A stretch of 64,000 nucleotides of DNA from Mytilus trossulus (taxonomy: Eukaryota), in the NCBI RefSeq assembly GCF_036588685.1, contig NW_026963290.1, forward strand, positions 7,626,001-7,690,000, written 5' to 3'. Within the stretch, counting starts at the first letter, position 1, and each line of letters opens with the position of its first letter. The translations under genes and the position numbers were made by a program. The notes beneath the pieces were generated by a model. The model saw only the letters and a program-made list of their open reading frames with translations, made no database searches and was not told where the DNA came from. Shown piece after piece: positions 12,500 to 25,106 of this stretch.

Positions 12500-12860
12500 T
12501 GATGAGATATACAAATTATATTCCAAGTGTCTAGAGTAGAAATATGCTTGTAACTCGCCATTTCCATATTAATAATTTGAATTATATATAGCTTTCCTTA
12601 GGTCTAATTTCCTTATGCTTGTATCGTAAAACTTTGGTGGTATTGTTTGCTTTGTTGATATAAGTGTTTACTCTAACTTTGTAGTTAAGATTGCTATCTT
12701 CAAACAATATCTAGGCATAGTCAAACCTGTAAATTTTATTTTGAATTTGATTGGACATTATTCCAATTACGAAGTCTTGCTTTACATTAGCACAAATTTC
12801 GATTACGTCATCAGCATTTTTTTTATACATAAATACACATTCAAGTTCATTTTTCTATTT
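12500..12860 (-). mobile_element. Decayed CR1/L2-group LINE RT, C-terminal part
   Basis: Minus strand: FMY(+9-nt A-rich insertion)ADDV (YADD catalytic motif), LFEDSNLNYKVRVNTYINKANN (cf. IFDS.L.F..HI..I.NKAN) and RHLEY (cf. RPHLEY). Confidence 0.55.
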
Positions 12861-13249
12861 AGGGGTTAACTCCTATCTCTCCTGCCTGTCGATACTTTTA
12901 TATTTTTGCATTACACAAGGCATGTCTTCCTTTTTTTGGCTTTAGACTAGCTTTCGGCTACTACGAGTATTACCAAATCGTAGTTTCTTGATGAGTTGAC
13001 CTGTTGATACAATTTGTAATGCTTTTTTTGTTATTTAATGGCTTCTTGATTAGGGTTATATCTGGTCTCTCTATTTTTGTTATTATTGATATATACCAGT
13101 TTTGATAAGTGTTTAGTATGACTATAAATGTTCACTTCTGTTCTCGTACTCTGAACAACAAAATTATCTATTTGGTAAAAATATTCCTGTTCTCCCTTTA
13201 TACTGTATACATTACAACAAAATTATTTTCATCTACCTGTGTACAATAA

Positions 13250-13537
13250 GGTTTATGACCCCTTCAGTAACCATTTTTTTACGAACTTTTCAAACTTCAA
13301 TTGTATCAAAACTACAGATATAATGAATAATAGAGAGAAGCCATTTTGTACATTTTCCAAGGGGAAACTTGATGCAAAGCATTATTTTCTACTGTTTCAT
13401 TGCATTTAATAGAAAAAATCTAGATTTTTATTTTCTGACAAAATGGCCTATCTATATTATTCATTGTATCTGTAGTTTTGATACAATTGAAGTTTGAAAA
13501 GTTTGTACAACAATGGCTACAGAAGGGCTCATAAACC
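13250..13537. mobile_element. Foldback MITE with ~100-bp TIRs, Kolobok-like (GG ends, TTAA site)
   Basis: Left arm ggtttatgacccc...cttttcaaacttcaattgtatcaaaactacagatataatgaataata...gccattttgt is the near-perfect reverse complement of ~13437-13537. Flanks are ataa (13246-13249) and ttaa (13538-13541). Confidence 0.8.
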
Positions 13538-15153
13538 TTAATATATTTGGCGGCATTTTGTCCAATGTTATGGTTGACTTTCTGAAATTATTTAACATTT
13601 CACAGCGGAATACTATTGTTATCGTTATCCATTAACCCTGTATTAAAATGATTTTGTAACACCATTGTATCATAGATCAAGTTTATTCGTTCAGTCTATG
13701 TTTATATTCACTTGTGTTGATATGTCTTTTGATTGAGATTTGATATTTTATAGTGTCTTTCTATGTTTTGATGTTACACTTATTTTCAGGTAAGAGTAAA
13801 GGTTTGTTAACGTTTAACTCCACTGCATTTGTGTGCACCTGTCCTAAGACTGGCACCTGATGTTCAGTATTAACTGTTGTCGTTTGTTGATATGGTTCAT
13901 AAGTGTTTCTAGATTCTCATTTTATATATTGATCAGACTGTTGGTTTTACCCGTTTGAAAGGTATTACACTATAATCATTTTTGGGACCCTTTATACCTT
14001 GCTGTTTGGTATGAGCTAAGGATCCATTTTGAAGACCGTACATTGACCTTTAACGGGTTTTCTTTTGTTTTGTTAGATAATTTGATACAGGTGTAACACA
14101 GTGTAAATTTGCTTGCGATTATAAGTTGACACTAAATATAAAAAAATCTTTTTATCATGCATTTCATGACATAAACATCAACTTCACAATATTAATTATG
14201 ATTGTCAAATATTTGTTTATGATGCTCATTTTATCTGATTATGTATAATTGAGTCTAATTACACAGAGGTTAAGTTTTGTAATAGCTGAGGGTATTGATA
14301 AAATTTTTAAAATACAGAATGATTGGCCCAATGAGAAGGAATAGGTAAGATAAGAAAAGAAAAGAATAGTTTAGATAGAACAGGCTTAAATAACGAATAT
14401 AGTATAATAAGGTGCTAACAAAACAGAGGAATAACTATCAATATTATAATGGCGTATTATAATGAATTCAAAAAAAATAATGGCTGAAGTAAAAATGGGC
14501 ACAACGTTATGAATAGAGAAGAAAAGGGTGGTGAAGTAATAATAAAAAAACCCAGAGTACAATAAAAAAAAAAATGAACTTTTGGTATATAGGTGGGGGG
14601 AAAGGGGGGTGGGGTGTCTAAATTAAAATCCATAAAATGTATGTTATGCTTCTTATAAAAAATATAAATAAAAATATGGGTCACCAAACTTTTATTCATG
14701 CTACAAAATTGTCAGATTTTGTATAGTTTACGCATAAAAAATAAATGTGTGTGATAAAAAGAAAACAATCATAGAATTTAAAGATAAGATATAAGAAGAT
14801 ATGTCTAATAATATGCTTTAAGATAAGACAAAAAAAAATATAAGTTCGCCTGACTCATTGTCTTGGTTCACGATAAAGAAAGGACATTCACAACACATTC
14901 TTTTATGAAAATTACTTTATCTAAGTTAAATCTCCTTTTATCTGAGTTACGTCCCCTTATATGGCAAAATTGACAAAACGTGAATCAAACAAAATGTTCT
15001 GTTTTTTTTTTTAGTTCACTTTTCTATTTCAACACAAAAAGTTTAAAGTCTAATTACATACAACTCTTAAATTTGACCATGTCATTAAAGATCTAAATTG
15101 ATTGTTATCAGCTTTTTTCACAATTAAAGATGGAGGAAGACACAAAAGCCACC

Positions 15154-15435
15154 TTAAGGTACCCATGCAACATTTTCACTTAAATTTATTTGGCTCGTTT
15201 AATTTTCATAAAATTTTGACAAAGTATTTACTTTGACCCTTTGACAAATATATAAAAAAAATTAAAAATTTGAACCAACCAATTTATCAGAAAAAATACA
15301 CTGGTTATATAGTAGTTTGACAAACATTAATTTTGATCATTGAGAAGCTTGATATTGCCTTAACAATACAACGTAATCAAAACGTTTAGCTGATTTTACA
15401 GAGTTATCTCCCTGTAGTTTTAGGTATCACCTAAA
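15154..15435. mobile_element. ~280-bp MITE with TTAA-GG ends (Kolobok-like)
   Basis: Starts ttaa|ggtaccc and ends taggtatcacc|taaa, with short degenerate TIRs. Confidence 0.6.
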
Positions 15436-15449
15436 GATATAAATAATAC

Positions 15450-17161
15450 AGAATGACACATACCTCATTTATACCCTCATAACTGGCCACAAATGCCATT
15501 GTCGTTCGTACTGTGATCAGTATTATATGTTTACATTAGATAATATCAATATTATAGTACACTTCAATATTAAGTGTAAATTCAATAAAAATATTGCATG
15601 ACGAACGATCCATAATTACGTGATTATAATATGAATTAGACACGCTACCACAAATAAAATGTCACTTGTAAAGAAGTGCACACTTTTTTGTGGTCACTAT
15701 AAAAAGAAGATGTGATATGATTGCAAATAAGAAAAATCTCCACAATAGTCCAAATGGCAGATATGTTAACAATTTGAAGCCACCTTGAACAATTAGCAAA
15801 TCCCATACCACAAAGACAGCTATAAAAAGCCAGAGAACAATACAGGAAACAGCCGTATTCCATTATGGTCATCCCTCGCTATAAAAGCACATGAGACAAT
15901 ACTTGGCAATATATAGTTAAAGGAAAGCAAAATTATATTCACTATTAATTCATATTATCGGTATGGACATAACTAAATTAAACATTTGCCGTTGAGCTAT
16001 TTTGCGTCCGCCGATGTCAGTACTAGTTGAATTAGCGAAATCTATTAAGATATAGTGTTATTCTGGAATGTGTCAGCTGATTAATCTGACGAGAGTTTTT
16101 TAAGACAATATTACGAAGAAGAAAAAAAAATTACAAACGTACTCCGGACTTCACAATGAATAGAGCGTTAAGCGATTCTGCTATAGTAGTTTTCTAGACA
16201 GTAATGGGATAACATGTTGATCAACTTATTCTGTCGTTGTCACGTGTTTGAATGTGGTCGTATTATTAAAGTATTTTGACCATAGACATTGTTTTTAAAA
16301 ACAAAAAAAGAAATAAGTAAGAAAACAAACATAATAGAAAAAAGCAAAGCATAAGTGATTGATCGGGACATTTTGTCTTGATTGATGCTAAACTTTTCCC
16401 TTTCATCATGATATTCACCAAATTTCCAATTAAAGACTTGAAAATACAACGCATTGTGACAAACTCGTTTAAATGTCACAAGTGTTTTTTTTTAACATAA
16501 AGGATCATAGTCATGGTTTCAAGTCGATCACCTGGAAACAAATCACTGCAGCAGTTATAGAAGAGAACCAATTATTGTTGGTTTTTTATTTATTTATGAG
16601 GCCTATTAGGAACTATTCAAACTACTAAAGTACACATTTCGTCATTACTATATTATACTAGAAACTATAACATAATTTACCATAAGTTTTTGCCATTATA
16701 GCCTTCCTCATTGGAATAATTGGGTCAACATCCCTTATGCACCTCGAAACGAGACACTGTAGTGATATTGGACATGCTTTATTTTATTTTATTTTACAAA
16801 TGACTGCGCTTAATCATTTGTGGTGATTAGGAAAGTAGACCAATATAGAATAAATGTGTAAAAACTATGGAGCTATTTTATGTGTTCAAAGTGTAAAATT
16901 TTCTTAAGAACTTATTGTGTTAAACAAGGGATTTTTACCACGATGAGCCGCATCATGAAAGGATGTTCGAAGGATGCTTATTCAAGGGAAAAGTAATCTC
17001 ACTTCGTACCCCGAAAATTTAACCACATATGTTAAAATAACACAGCTTCGAAACGGGCTATCATTCATATTCAAGTTTACGATATGGACTGAGCTAAAGG
17101 AAAAACGTTACTATTACCGCCTATGGAAAAACAATTAAAGATATTGACCCAATTACAGCAT

Positions 17162-17199
<38 letters not shown>

Positions 17200-18460
17200 A
17201 TACTATGTCAGCGCATCTAAACGTGTCATACATGATGAACTGCTTTTCTGTCTTTTATAGAAAATTCTAAAGAAATATATCACAAATCAAGAACAATGTC
17301 ACTTTGTATGTCGTCGATATGCATAAGTCTAGTCGCATAACAGTTAGTTTATGTATAGCAAAGTAATTCATAAAGAAAATGTCAATGACTTGAAATTCAA
17401 CGTATTGCTCTGAATGTAGGATTCAGTAAATACCTACATCTTAACATTAAGATGGTATATACATAGAGAACACAATTTATAGCTAGTTTTTTTGTAAACC
17501 CATGACCCTAATAGACATCTTCATCATAAGTCTAAACCGAAATAAAAAAAACCGAGACTGATACCGATACCTAAACCAAGGAAAGTTTTCCTCTGTAAAT
17601 GTCAGTATAAACTCAATCCGTCTTATCATCTATACTGTTCTTAATATAAATGTGTTATATCGATAATTTCGACGATCATCAATTCCCATGAATCTTTTCA
17701 GATAATGAAGATAAATTCAACCTTTGCTGAATACACTAGTACAAGTTAAATTCACTGTACATAGGTAACCTATCAATCCTCAAAAACTGGATTTTCAACA
17801 TAAAGTCTTCTCGCTTAACCATTTTTTTAAAGTAAAATAATCATAGATACCAATTTTGAAATTTCATATTTGTTGTAAAAGACTTATCAGTGTCGCTCGA
17901 AACCAAAAAGGTTAAAAGGCCAAATAAAGTACGAAGTTCAAGAGCATTGAGGACCAAAATTCATAAAAAAAAATTGTCAAATACTGCTACTGTAATCTAA
18001 AGCCTTAGTATTTCAAAAGTTCAAAATTTGGTAAACATTGAATTTATAATATAACCATATCAATGATAAGTCATGTCAACACTGAAATGTAGACTACTGG
18101 AATGATGATTATCACTTATCAATGAGTGATCCATATGAAGAAAAATTTATAGATCCAGATATTCTTTTCGTCCAAAGCGCTTTTCTATATCGTCGTACGT
18201 TATGAGCACACTTATTTGAATATTAGAAAACCAACAGGGACCCTCAGCAGAAAACACAGAAATAGAGGCTTGGTTTTATAGTAGAAATCATCGTATATAC
18301 TTTGCATGCATACTCATGTTATGTTAAATATCCAAATCTAAATCAGATATTTTAATTTGGCTTCCTACGTCACAAAAATGCTTATTCTAAGTGTATAGAC
18401 ATTGACAAATATAAAGCCTTCAAATGACAGTCTATGGAAAGTGCGAATTGAGAATCTGTT
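15450..18460 (+). pseudogene. Toll-like receptor pseudogene 1 (multiple-cysteine-cluster/protostome-type architecture)
   Basis: Frame-jumping + strand translation gives a Cys-rich N-terminus (GHKCHCRSYC) and LRRs (SGMCQLINLTRVF*DNI; TYSGLHN; FLDSNGIT; LLKYFDHRHC; TSLMHLETRHC). An internal LRRNT (QGKSNLTSYPENLTT, ~16982-17030) is followed by TIKDIDPITAFD, a distal LRRCT (PL/KCQYN, ~17590) and TIR-like remnants (DPYEEK, IFFSSK, LGFIVEIIV, 18130-18300). Many stops and TE insertions. Confidence 0.7.
17165..17191. repeat. (AT)n microsatellite
   Basis: ~13 AT units. Confidence 0.95.
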
Positions 18461-18476
18461 TCTTATGAGGTGTAGC

Positions 18477-19150
18477 AAATAAAGTCAACAGTAGTATACC
18501 GCTGTTCAAAAGTCATAAATCGATAGAGAAAAAAAACCTCAAATCCGAGTTACACACTGACACTAAGGGAAACGCATTAAATATAAGAGAACAACGACAC
18601 AACAATACAATGTAACAGACACAGAAACGAACTAAGCATAAGACAAAATTCGATAAGAATAACAAATATAACATCAAAACTAAAAACATGAATTTGAGAT
18701 AGAAAAGTATCTTGATACGTCTTATAGTAGTGTGAATTCACACTCAAATATAAAAGGAAACAAACTACACAACAGAAACACAACGTTTAAATGTAACACA
18801 CACAGAAACAAACTATAATATAACAATGGCCATATTCCTGACTTGGTACAGGACATTTTTTAAATTAAAAAAATGTTGGGTTGAACCTGGTTTTGTGGCA
18901 TGCCAAACCTCCCGCCTAAATGACAATGTTTAATACAACATTAAAATGACAACATAACATCACAGGACCACAACACAAACAAATACGAGAACATATTGGA
19001 CAAAGAAACACACAAATAATAGCTAACAAAAGGCACCAGGTTTAAAACTTAATACGCCCGAAGTGCATTTCGTCCACACAAGACTAACTAGTGACGCCCG
19101 GATAAAAAAGTTCAAAAGCCAAGACAAGTACAAAGATGAACAGCACTGAT
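18477..19150 (-). mobile_element. Interspersed repeat carrying a dead hammerhead motif (retrozyme/PLE-derived family)
   Basis: Head aaataaagtcaacagtagtataccgctgttcaaaagtc, with relatives at 19470-19725 (inverted), 43850-44110, 50950-51080 and 60330-60425. The minus strand at 19054-19097 reads gcgtca-CTAGTTA-GTCttgtgtgGAC-GAAA-tgcact-TC-gggcgt (catalytic core mutated). Confidence 0.6.
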
Positions 19151-22100
19151 AACGAAACATTATCTTTTGTTAATTAGATGTATTTGGGGGAAATACTATG
19201 AATATAAGGAACCGCAGTGTAATGGACATTAAACTTCTTGGATTGCATTCTACCGAAATAATTACTCGTATATGTAATAGGAAAATAATGCTAAATTTTC
19301 AGTGTTGACTTGATTTGTCATTGATATGTTCATAATTATAAATCAACTATGGCGCATAATGACGTAGCTTGTCCATATACATTTACATTCTATAAAAAGA
19401 ATAATAAACCAGTAAAAAAACATAAGTAAAAAAACATAATATGAAAAACCAAAGTATAAGTAATTTACAAAATCAAATTCAACCCACCATTTTTTTCTTA
19501 AAATGTCCTGTACCAAGTCAGGAAAATGGCAATTGTTATCTTATAGTGTGTTTCTGTGTGTGTTGCATTGTCCTTGTTTTTGTTCACTTCAGTGTTTCTG
19601 TTGTAACGTTGTTTTCCTCGTATAGTTGATGTGTTTTCCTCGATTTTAGTTTGTATTCCGGATTTGTTTTCTCTCAAGTGATTTTTTACTTTCGAACAGC
19701 GGTATAATACTGGTGCCTTTCGTTTTCATCATAATAAACACCCAAAAAGCCAATCATACAATCATAGACTTAAAAAAATATAAAGCATTGCAACAAGTTC
19801 ATTTTAATTAATAAAACGAGTGTTTTGTCAATCTGAGCATAACTTTGATTAAAGAATCATATTGATGTTGTCAAGTCAATCACCTGGACATAAGTCACTA
19901 TAACAGTTATAGAAAACAACCAATTGTCGTATTTTTTTTTTATGCCTATTTGGAACCATTCGAGGTTGTTTAGTTTTTTTTCTTCGTTTCTTTATATAAC
20001 TACTTCATTGCATATAAACTTGTCATAAATGACGGGTCGTTTTTGTGTCTCTTATATAAAAAAACAAAACATTCTAAAGATATATGACAACTTAGGCGTC
20101 ACACATCAAAAACATGTATCACTTTCTATGTGTAGATATGCACAAGTCTTGTCATACAACATAGATATATATCTAGTAAAGCAATCCTACAGAACATGTC
20201 AAGGACCTCTCATTGCACTACGTGCAGGAGGATTAGTTTGTAATCAGTAAATACTTACTTCTTAACAATAACAGGGTACTAGTATATGAATAAAACAAAA
20301 TTTTAGCGATTCCTGTTTCAGACGCAGTTTGTAGAGTCTCCACTTTAACCCCATGACCTTAAAAGAATCTGCATCCTAAATTGAAACCAAAATAAAAAAA
20401 TGAAACGGATATTGAACCCTTAAGCAAGGAAAGTTGAGTGAAATTCTGTTTAAATGTCAGTGTGACCTTAATTCGTCTACTTATTTATGTTCTTCTTAAA
20501 TCTTAATGTGTAATATAAATGATTAATTGACTCATCAATTCACATGAATCTTTTTAGATAACGAAGATGACTTGAACGTATGCTGAATACAGTGGTACAG
20601 GTTAAATCCGCTACACATAGTCAACTTGTCATTTGTCCAAAAGGAGTTTCTACATAACTTCTTCTGGTTAATATATCTTTATTTATTGATCTCGGATTTT
20701 TCAATTTTGATAGTTTAACCGTCATAAGGTATATAGTATAACCGAATATAATGTCAGACAAATATGTGGTATCAACATATGTGGTATCAACAAGCAAGTG
20801 ACAACTACGAGGAATCGGTCAAGCCTCTTCTAGCCCAGCAATGTGTACGTCATCGCGTTATCTTTTATACTGATGCCAGATTTTAGATATCTAAAACGTT
20901 AAATCACAAAAACACTGAAATCTAAGGAAAATTCAAAACGGAAAGTTCTTAAGGAACCCTCATTTAAAAATAAAGGGATGCCAAGGATTATAATCAACTT
21001 TTCAAGAAATTGAAAAAAACTGGTGACCGGTTCAACGGTGTCTTCCCGATTGTCCCACTTTTTGAAATTACAGGTAAAAAGATAATGAAATTTTGTGGGA
21101 CAATCGGGAATATGTTTGTGGGACAATTGGGAAGTTTAAATGTGGGACAATTGGGAACTGTTTTTATAATGATTAATTTGTTTTTAAAGCGTGTTGCAGT
21201 TAGTCAAAGGTTACTAATCAATGTAACTTATTAAATATGAACAAAATCAGAACAAATAATAATATTTACATATTTTATTTTGCTCATAGTAGGTACAATT
21301 GAAGTATCATATAATATAATATGAAGTCTTTTAAAAAAAAAAAAAAACATTTTTTCAGTCTAAGATGCATATTTTTTTTAATTATTTTTTATTGGCTTTG
21401 AACTAGCAGTCAGTACTGCGAGTACTCTCAGATCTGTACTTAGTGTCTTTGTTGTGGTGATGTCCCAAGCCAGGAGCTTGTAAGTCAGTGGTTGTCGTTT
21501 GTTGCCGTGTAACATATTTGTTTTTCATTCATTATTTTGTACATGAATTATGCTATTTGTTTTCTCGTTTTACATTAGTCATTTTGGGGCCTTTGTAGCT
21601 ATGTGGTATAGGATTTGCTCATTGTTGAAGGCCTTATGGTGACCTATAGTTGTTAGTTTCTGTGTCATTTGCTCTCTTTGGGATAGTTGTCTCATTGACA
21701 ATCATACCACATCTTCTTATTTCTTATGGAAGTCTGGCTTTTCTTTATAATTGGTGAAGAGTCCTGTTGACTGCAAAAATAATGGGAAAATTGGAAAAAC
21801 AACTTTTAATAGTGATTCTTGGAAAGGCTGATCTGGAAAAATTCTAGACAGCAGCAAATTTAGAGAAAATAGATTGGGGTACAAGAAATGGTTTTACCAG
21901 AAGCATGTGCATCCCATATGAAAAAAAATCTTTCAAATTTCTCAAATATGTATTTTTTCAATCAATTATAACAAAGAAGTTGAAATAATAAGATTTGTGT
22001 TCTAAAAAAAGAGAAAATTCCAAAATTGACAAATTGACAGAATGGTCAATTTGACACAAAAAAACAATATTTTTTGATTAAACTTTCTTATATTAACACC

Positions 22101-23150
22101 TATACTTCTAGTTTTTTTTAAGTTAGATCTATTCAGATTGATCCACTCTATCTTTATTGAAAGTATGAAAAAAAAAGTTTAATTGTGAAACTGTGCTTTT
22201 TTTAATGATAATAGCCCAAAAATGGATAACATTTGATGAAAACTGAGAAAATCATCAGAATTGGGTACTTTCAAATGACTGTAGCAAAAATAAGTGCACC
22301 ACCATATGATTTTCGTCACCAATTATTTTTCTAGAGTCATATATAAACCCAAAAATCAGGTTCAGAAAAAAAGTTTTAATTCAAGACCTTAAAAGATCTA
22401 TTTCATAAATCAGAAATATTATATTTTTTTAATCAAAAGTGTATCAATCTAATGATTTAAAAAACATTTTTTTTATACTTTTATAAAATAATATTAAATA
22501 TGCAATAATTAATTCTTGTTTATTTAGCAAAACAAACAACAGTCACCTTGTTTTTTTAAGAACATTTTACTACATAAAATAATGTGGGACAATCAGAACT
22601 TTTCATGTGGGACAATCAGAACTCTAAAATTTTAAAAAGTGGGACAATCGGGAATAAACCCGGTTCAACAGGGCCATCGATAGAAAATACCTAGAACGAG
22701 GCTCTGTTATATATTTGTCTTCATCATGTATACTTATCATATCAATCTGATGTACTATAGGTGTCGTATTTTGATGTGGTTCGTGAATGTTTCTCGTTTC
22801 TTGTTCTTTTTCTATATTCAGATTAGACCGTTTGTTTGAATGGCTTTTCGTTAGTATGTTTTAGGGCCCTTTATAGCTTGCTGTTCATTGTGAGACAAGG
22901 CTCCATGATAAAGACCGTACCTGGACCTATCATTGTTTTTTTTGTTTTAATAAATTGTGACTAGGATGGAGAGTTGTCCCATTGGCACTCATACCATGCC
23001 TTCCTTTATCTATTTACATGCTTATTCCCCGCTTGCATTCTAAATTCTATTAGGTTATTGTAACTAGAATCAGAAATTTTGCTTCCTATGTCATAAGAAT
23101 TGTCACGCTTGGTATCAATATATAGACAAATATAATGCGGATACATGTTA
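19150..23150 (+). pseudogene. Toll-like receptor pseudogene 2, tandem paralog of pseudogene 1
   Basis: Colinear DNA similarity to TLR pseudogene 1: 19861-19960 vs 16511-16620; 20010-20680 vs 17220-17830; 22664-22710 vs 18231-18280; 23015-23150 vs 18300-18430. LRR motifs TIIDLKKYKALQQV, ECFVNLS, HLDISH/TVIENNQLSY and HDLKRICILN*NQNK; LRRCT KLSEILFKCQCDL (~20431-20470). Interrupted by a MULE-type MITE and SINE-like repeats. Confidence 0.7.
21037..22660. mobile_element. MULE/Mutator-type non-autonomous element with 9-bp TSD
   Basis: 33-bp TIRs (ggtgtcttcccgattgtcccactttttgaaatt vs ggtttattcccgattgtcccactttttaaaatt, 3 mismatches). Perfect 9-bp TSD cggttcaac at 21028-21036 and 22661-22669. Subterminal tgtgggacaat repeats near both ends, and a nested SINE-like copy at ~21390-21722. 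Confidence 0.9.
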
Positions 23151-23249
23151 AAATGAGCATAATAAACAACAATAAAGAATTATTTCTTAATGAATACCAG
23201 TATACAGTGTGAGTCTATTAATGCATTCAAATATAATTCAAATTCAAAA

Positions 23250-25020
23250 TCTATGAAATTATCCTTTGTATTATCAAAACGTGGAAAAAAATGGAACAAA
23301 AAAGTATGTCTGTCAGAAAGTTCCAACTTCCCGAACAAAACTGTGCAATAAGGTAAAGAAATGATGCACTACTTATTAACAAACACAAAAACTCATAACC
23401 ATATGTGAACCATTTCAGAAAACAAAAGTTATGGATCTTTAATGGCCACATTACAATAAATTATGATATATCTGTAGCAAAATAGTTTGTGTGTTAAACA
23501 GTACAGTAAAATGAAATTATGTTTTCCTTGAATAAGGTTCAGATTATATTTCAAAAAGAATGATTTTGTTCATTTCTAATCAAAATTACCAGCAATGCGT
23601 TATGTTGAGCATGAAAGCAATGTATCTATATATAAAAAGAAGATGTAGTATGATTGCCAAAATGAGACAACTCTCCACAAGAGATCAAAATGACACAGAA
23701 ATTAACATCTATAGATCACTATACGGCCATCAACAATGAGCAAATCCCATACGGCATAGTCAGCTATAAAAAGCCCCTAAATGACAATGTGAAACAAGTC
23801 AAACGCGAAAACTAACGGCCTAATTTTTGACAATACTTGGTTGTTTAGGGTCTTTAGGATATGCCCATGGTTGAACGTCGCACGGTTACATATCAGACTA
23901 ACATCTTTGTTATTTGTTCAAATTATGAGTTCTAAATAGAAAAAAAATCAATTGATGATAATTATATCTTAATAAAAGAAAGTACTGTTTTTTCTGTTGT
24001 AATTGATAATTGGCTATCTTATCATTTTCTCAAAACTTTTAACAAACTTTTATTTTTATTCAAATAGTATTTCTTTGCTGATTTATACAGAGGAATATAC
24101 ATAACTTATACTTATATAAGTCTAGCTATTTCATCCTTCACGTGACTAGATTTTGAAATGACAAATAAGCGAAAATAGATTTTTACAATCTCTTTCCCGA
24201 TCATGAATATGAAACCCTTTCTGATTTAATTAAGCTACTACAAATAATAAGAATCATTTGAAACATTTATACAACACGATTTTTGTAAGAGAATAGTTCG
24301 TTAATCATTTATGTGATGGAAAAACTCATGTGTTTTTATGTCATTGAAATGTTGAAGAGCAATCTTTCTTTTGTAGTTACGTAAAAACATACTTAAACGC
24401 TAAATAAAAATTAACGCAGTCCCGCTAGTTACGTTAGTCATTCGAAATTACATGCTTTGTATCATTCCATATGATTTTGATAAATTGATCTTACTATAAC
24501 AACAATTTAAGTTAAACAAACGAATCACAGAAACATGCTCAGTGTTTTAATGCATTTAGTTTACATTGGTTTAGTGAAACGAGATACAATTAACTATCAT
24601 GGTCCATTGATTGCCGAATAGAAATAATAAAAACTTTTTTTATGAATAATTCTAGTGTTATAGGCTTAATTTAAATCATTGTCTTTTATATTCTATGTAT
24701 ACAAAGATTAGAGTTGCATCACTTAACAATTTCTTCGCCGAACATGTAAGAAACCTTTAAAGCATGCTCATCTTTATTTGCACTATCAATCTTTCTTTAA
24801 TTAAAAGACATTAACCTTAACGACATCTTTCTGAAGTTGGAGATCACCATAGAGATTCATCAGAACGCGAAAAATTAAAACTGTCATCTAATCACCAAGA
24901 GACTCGAGAATGTATCACTTTACCGACTTTATGAAGGAGAGCTCTGGACATAGATCGAATTTACCAATTTTAATTGTAGGAAACAGCGATGATGAATTTT
25001 ATCAATCACCAATTCCATAC
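23250..25020 (+). pseudogene. Toll-like receptor pseudogene 3
   Basis: Remnants in correct order: LRR-like (TKVMDL*, SKLPAMRYVEHESN, NHLKHLY), LRRCT LKSN(P)FFCSY (~24355-24380, 1-nt deletion), IDC, hydrophobic TM SSVIGLI*IIVFYILC (~24650-24700), and TIR box-2-like HHRD(F)I (~24845-24862). Confidence 0.5.
23636..23825 (+). mobile_element. SINE-like interspersed repeat family A (most abundant in window)
   Basis: aagaagatgt(g/a)gtatgattgccaa...gagacaactctccacaag...cagctataaaa(g)gcccc...caaacg(a/c)gaaaactaacggcc. Copies at ~15705-15850, 21450-21722(-), 22760-23010(-), 30845-31480, 33075-33260, 33718-34125, 59975-60260(-), 13800-14060(-) and 5520-5690(-). Confidence 0.8.
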
Positions 25021-25062
25021 TTATACATAAACTCATCACAAATACCAGAATTAGAAATGTGA

Positions 25063-25106
25063 ACGCTAGACTAGAGTTTCGTCTGCAAAAGACTCATCAG
25101 TGACGC
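25063..25106 (-). ncRNA. Type I hammerhead ribozyme motif in a repeat copy (core intact, stems I and III altered)
   Basis: The minus strand reads gcgtca-CTGATGA-GTCttttgcaGAC-GAAA-ctctag-TC-tagcgt. Same repeat family as 45818-45990. Confidence 0.6.
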
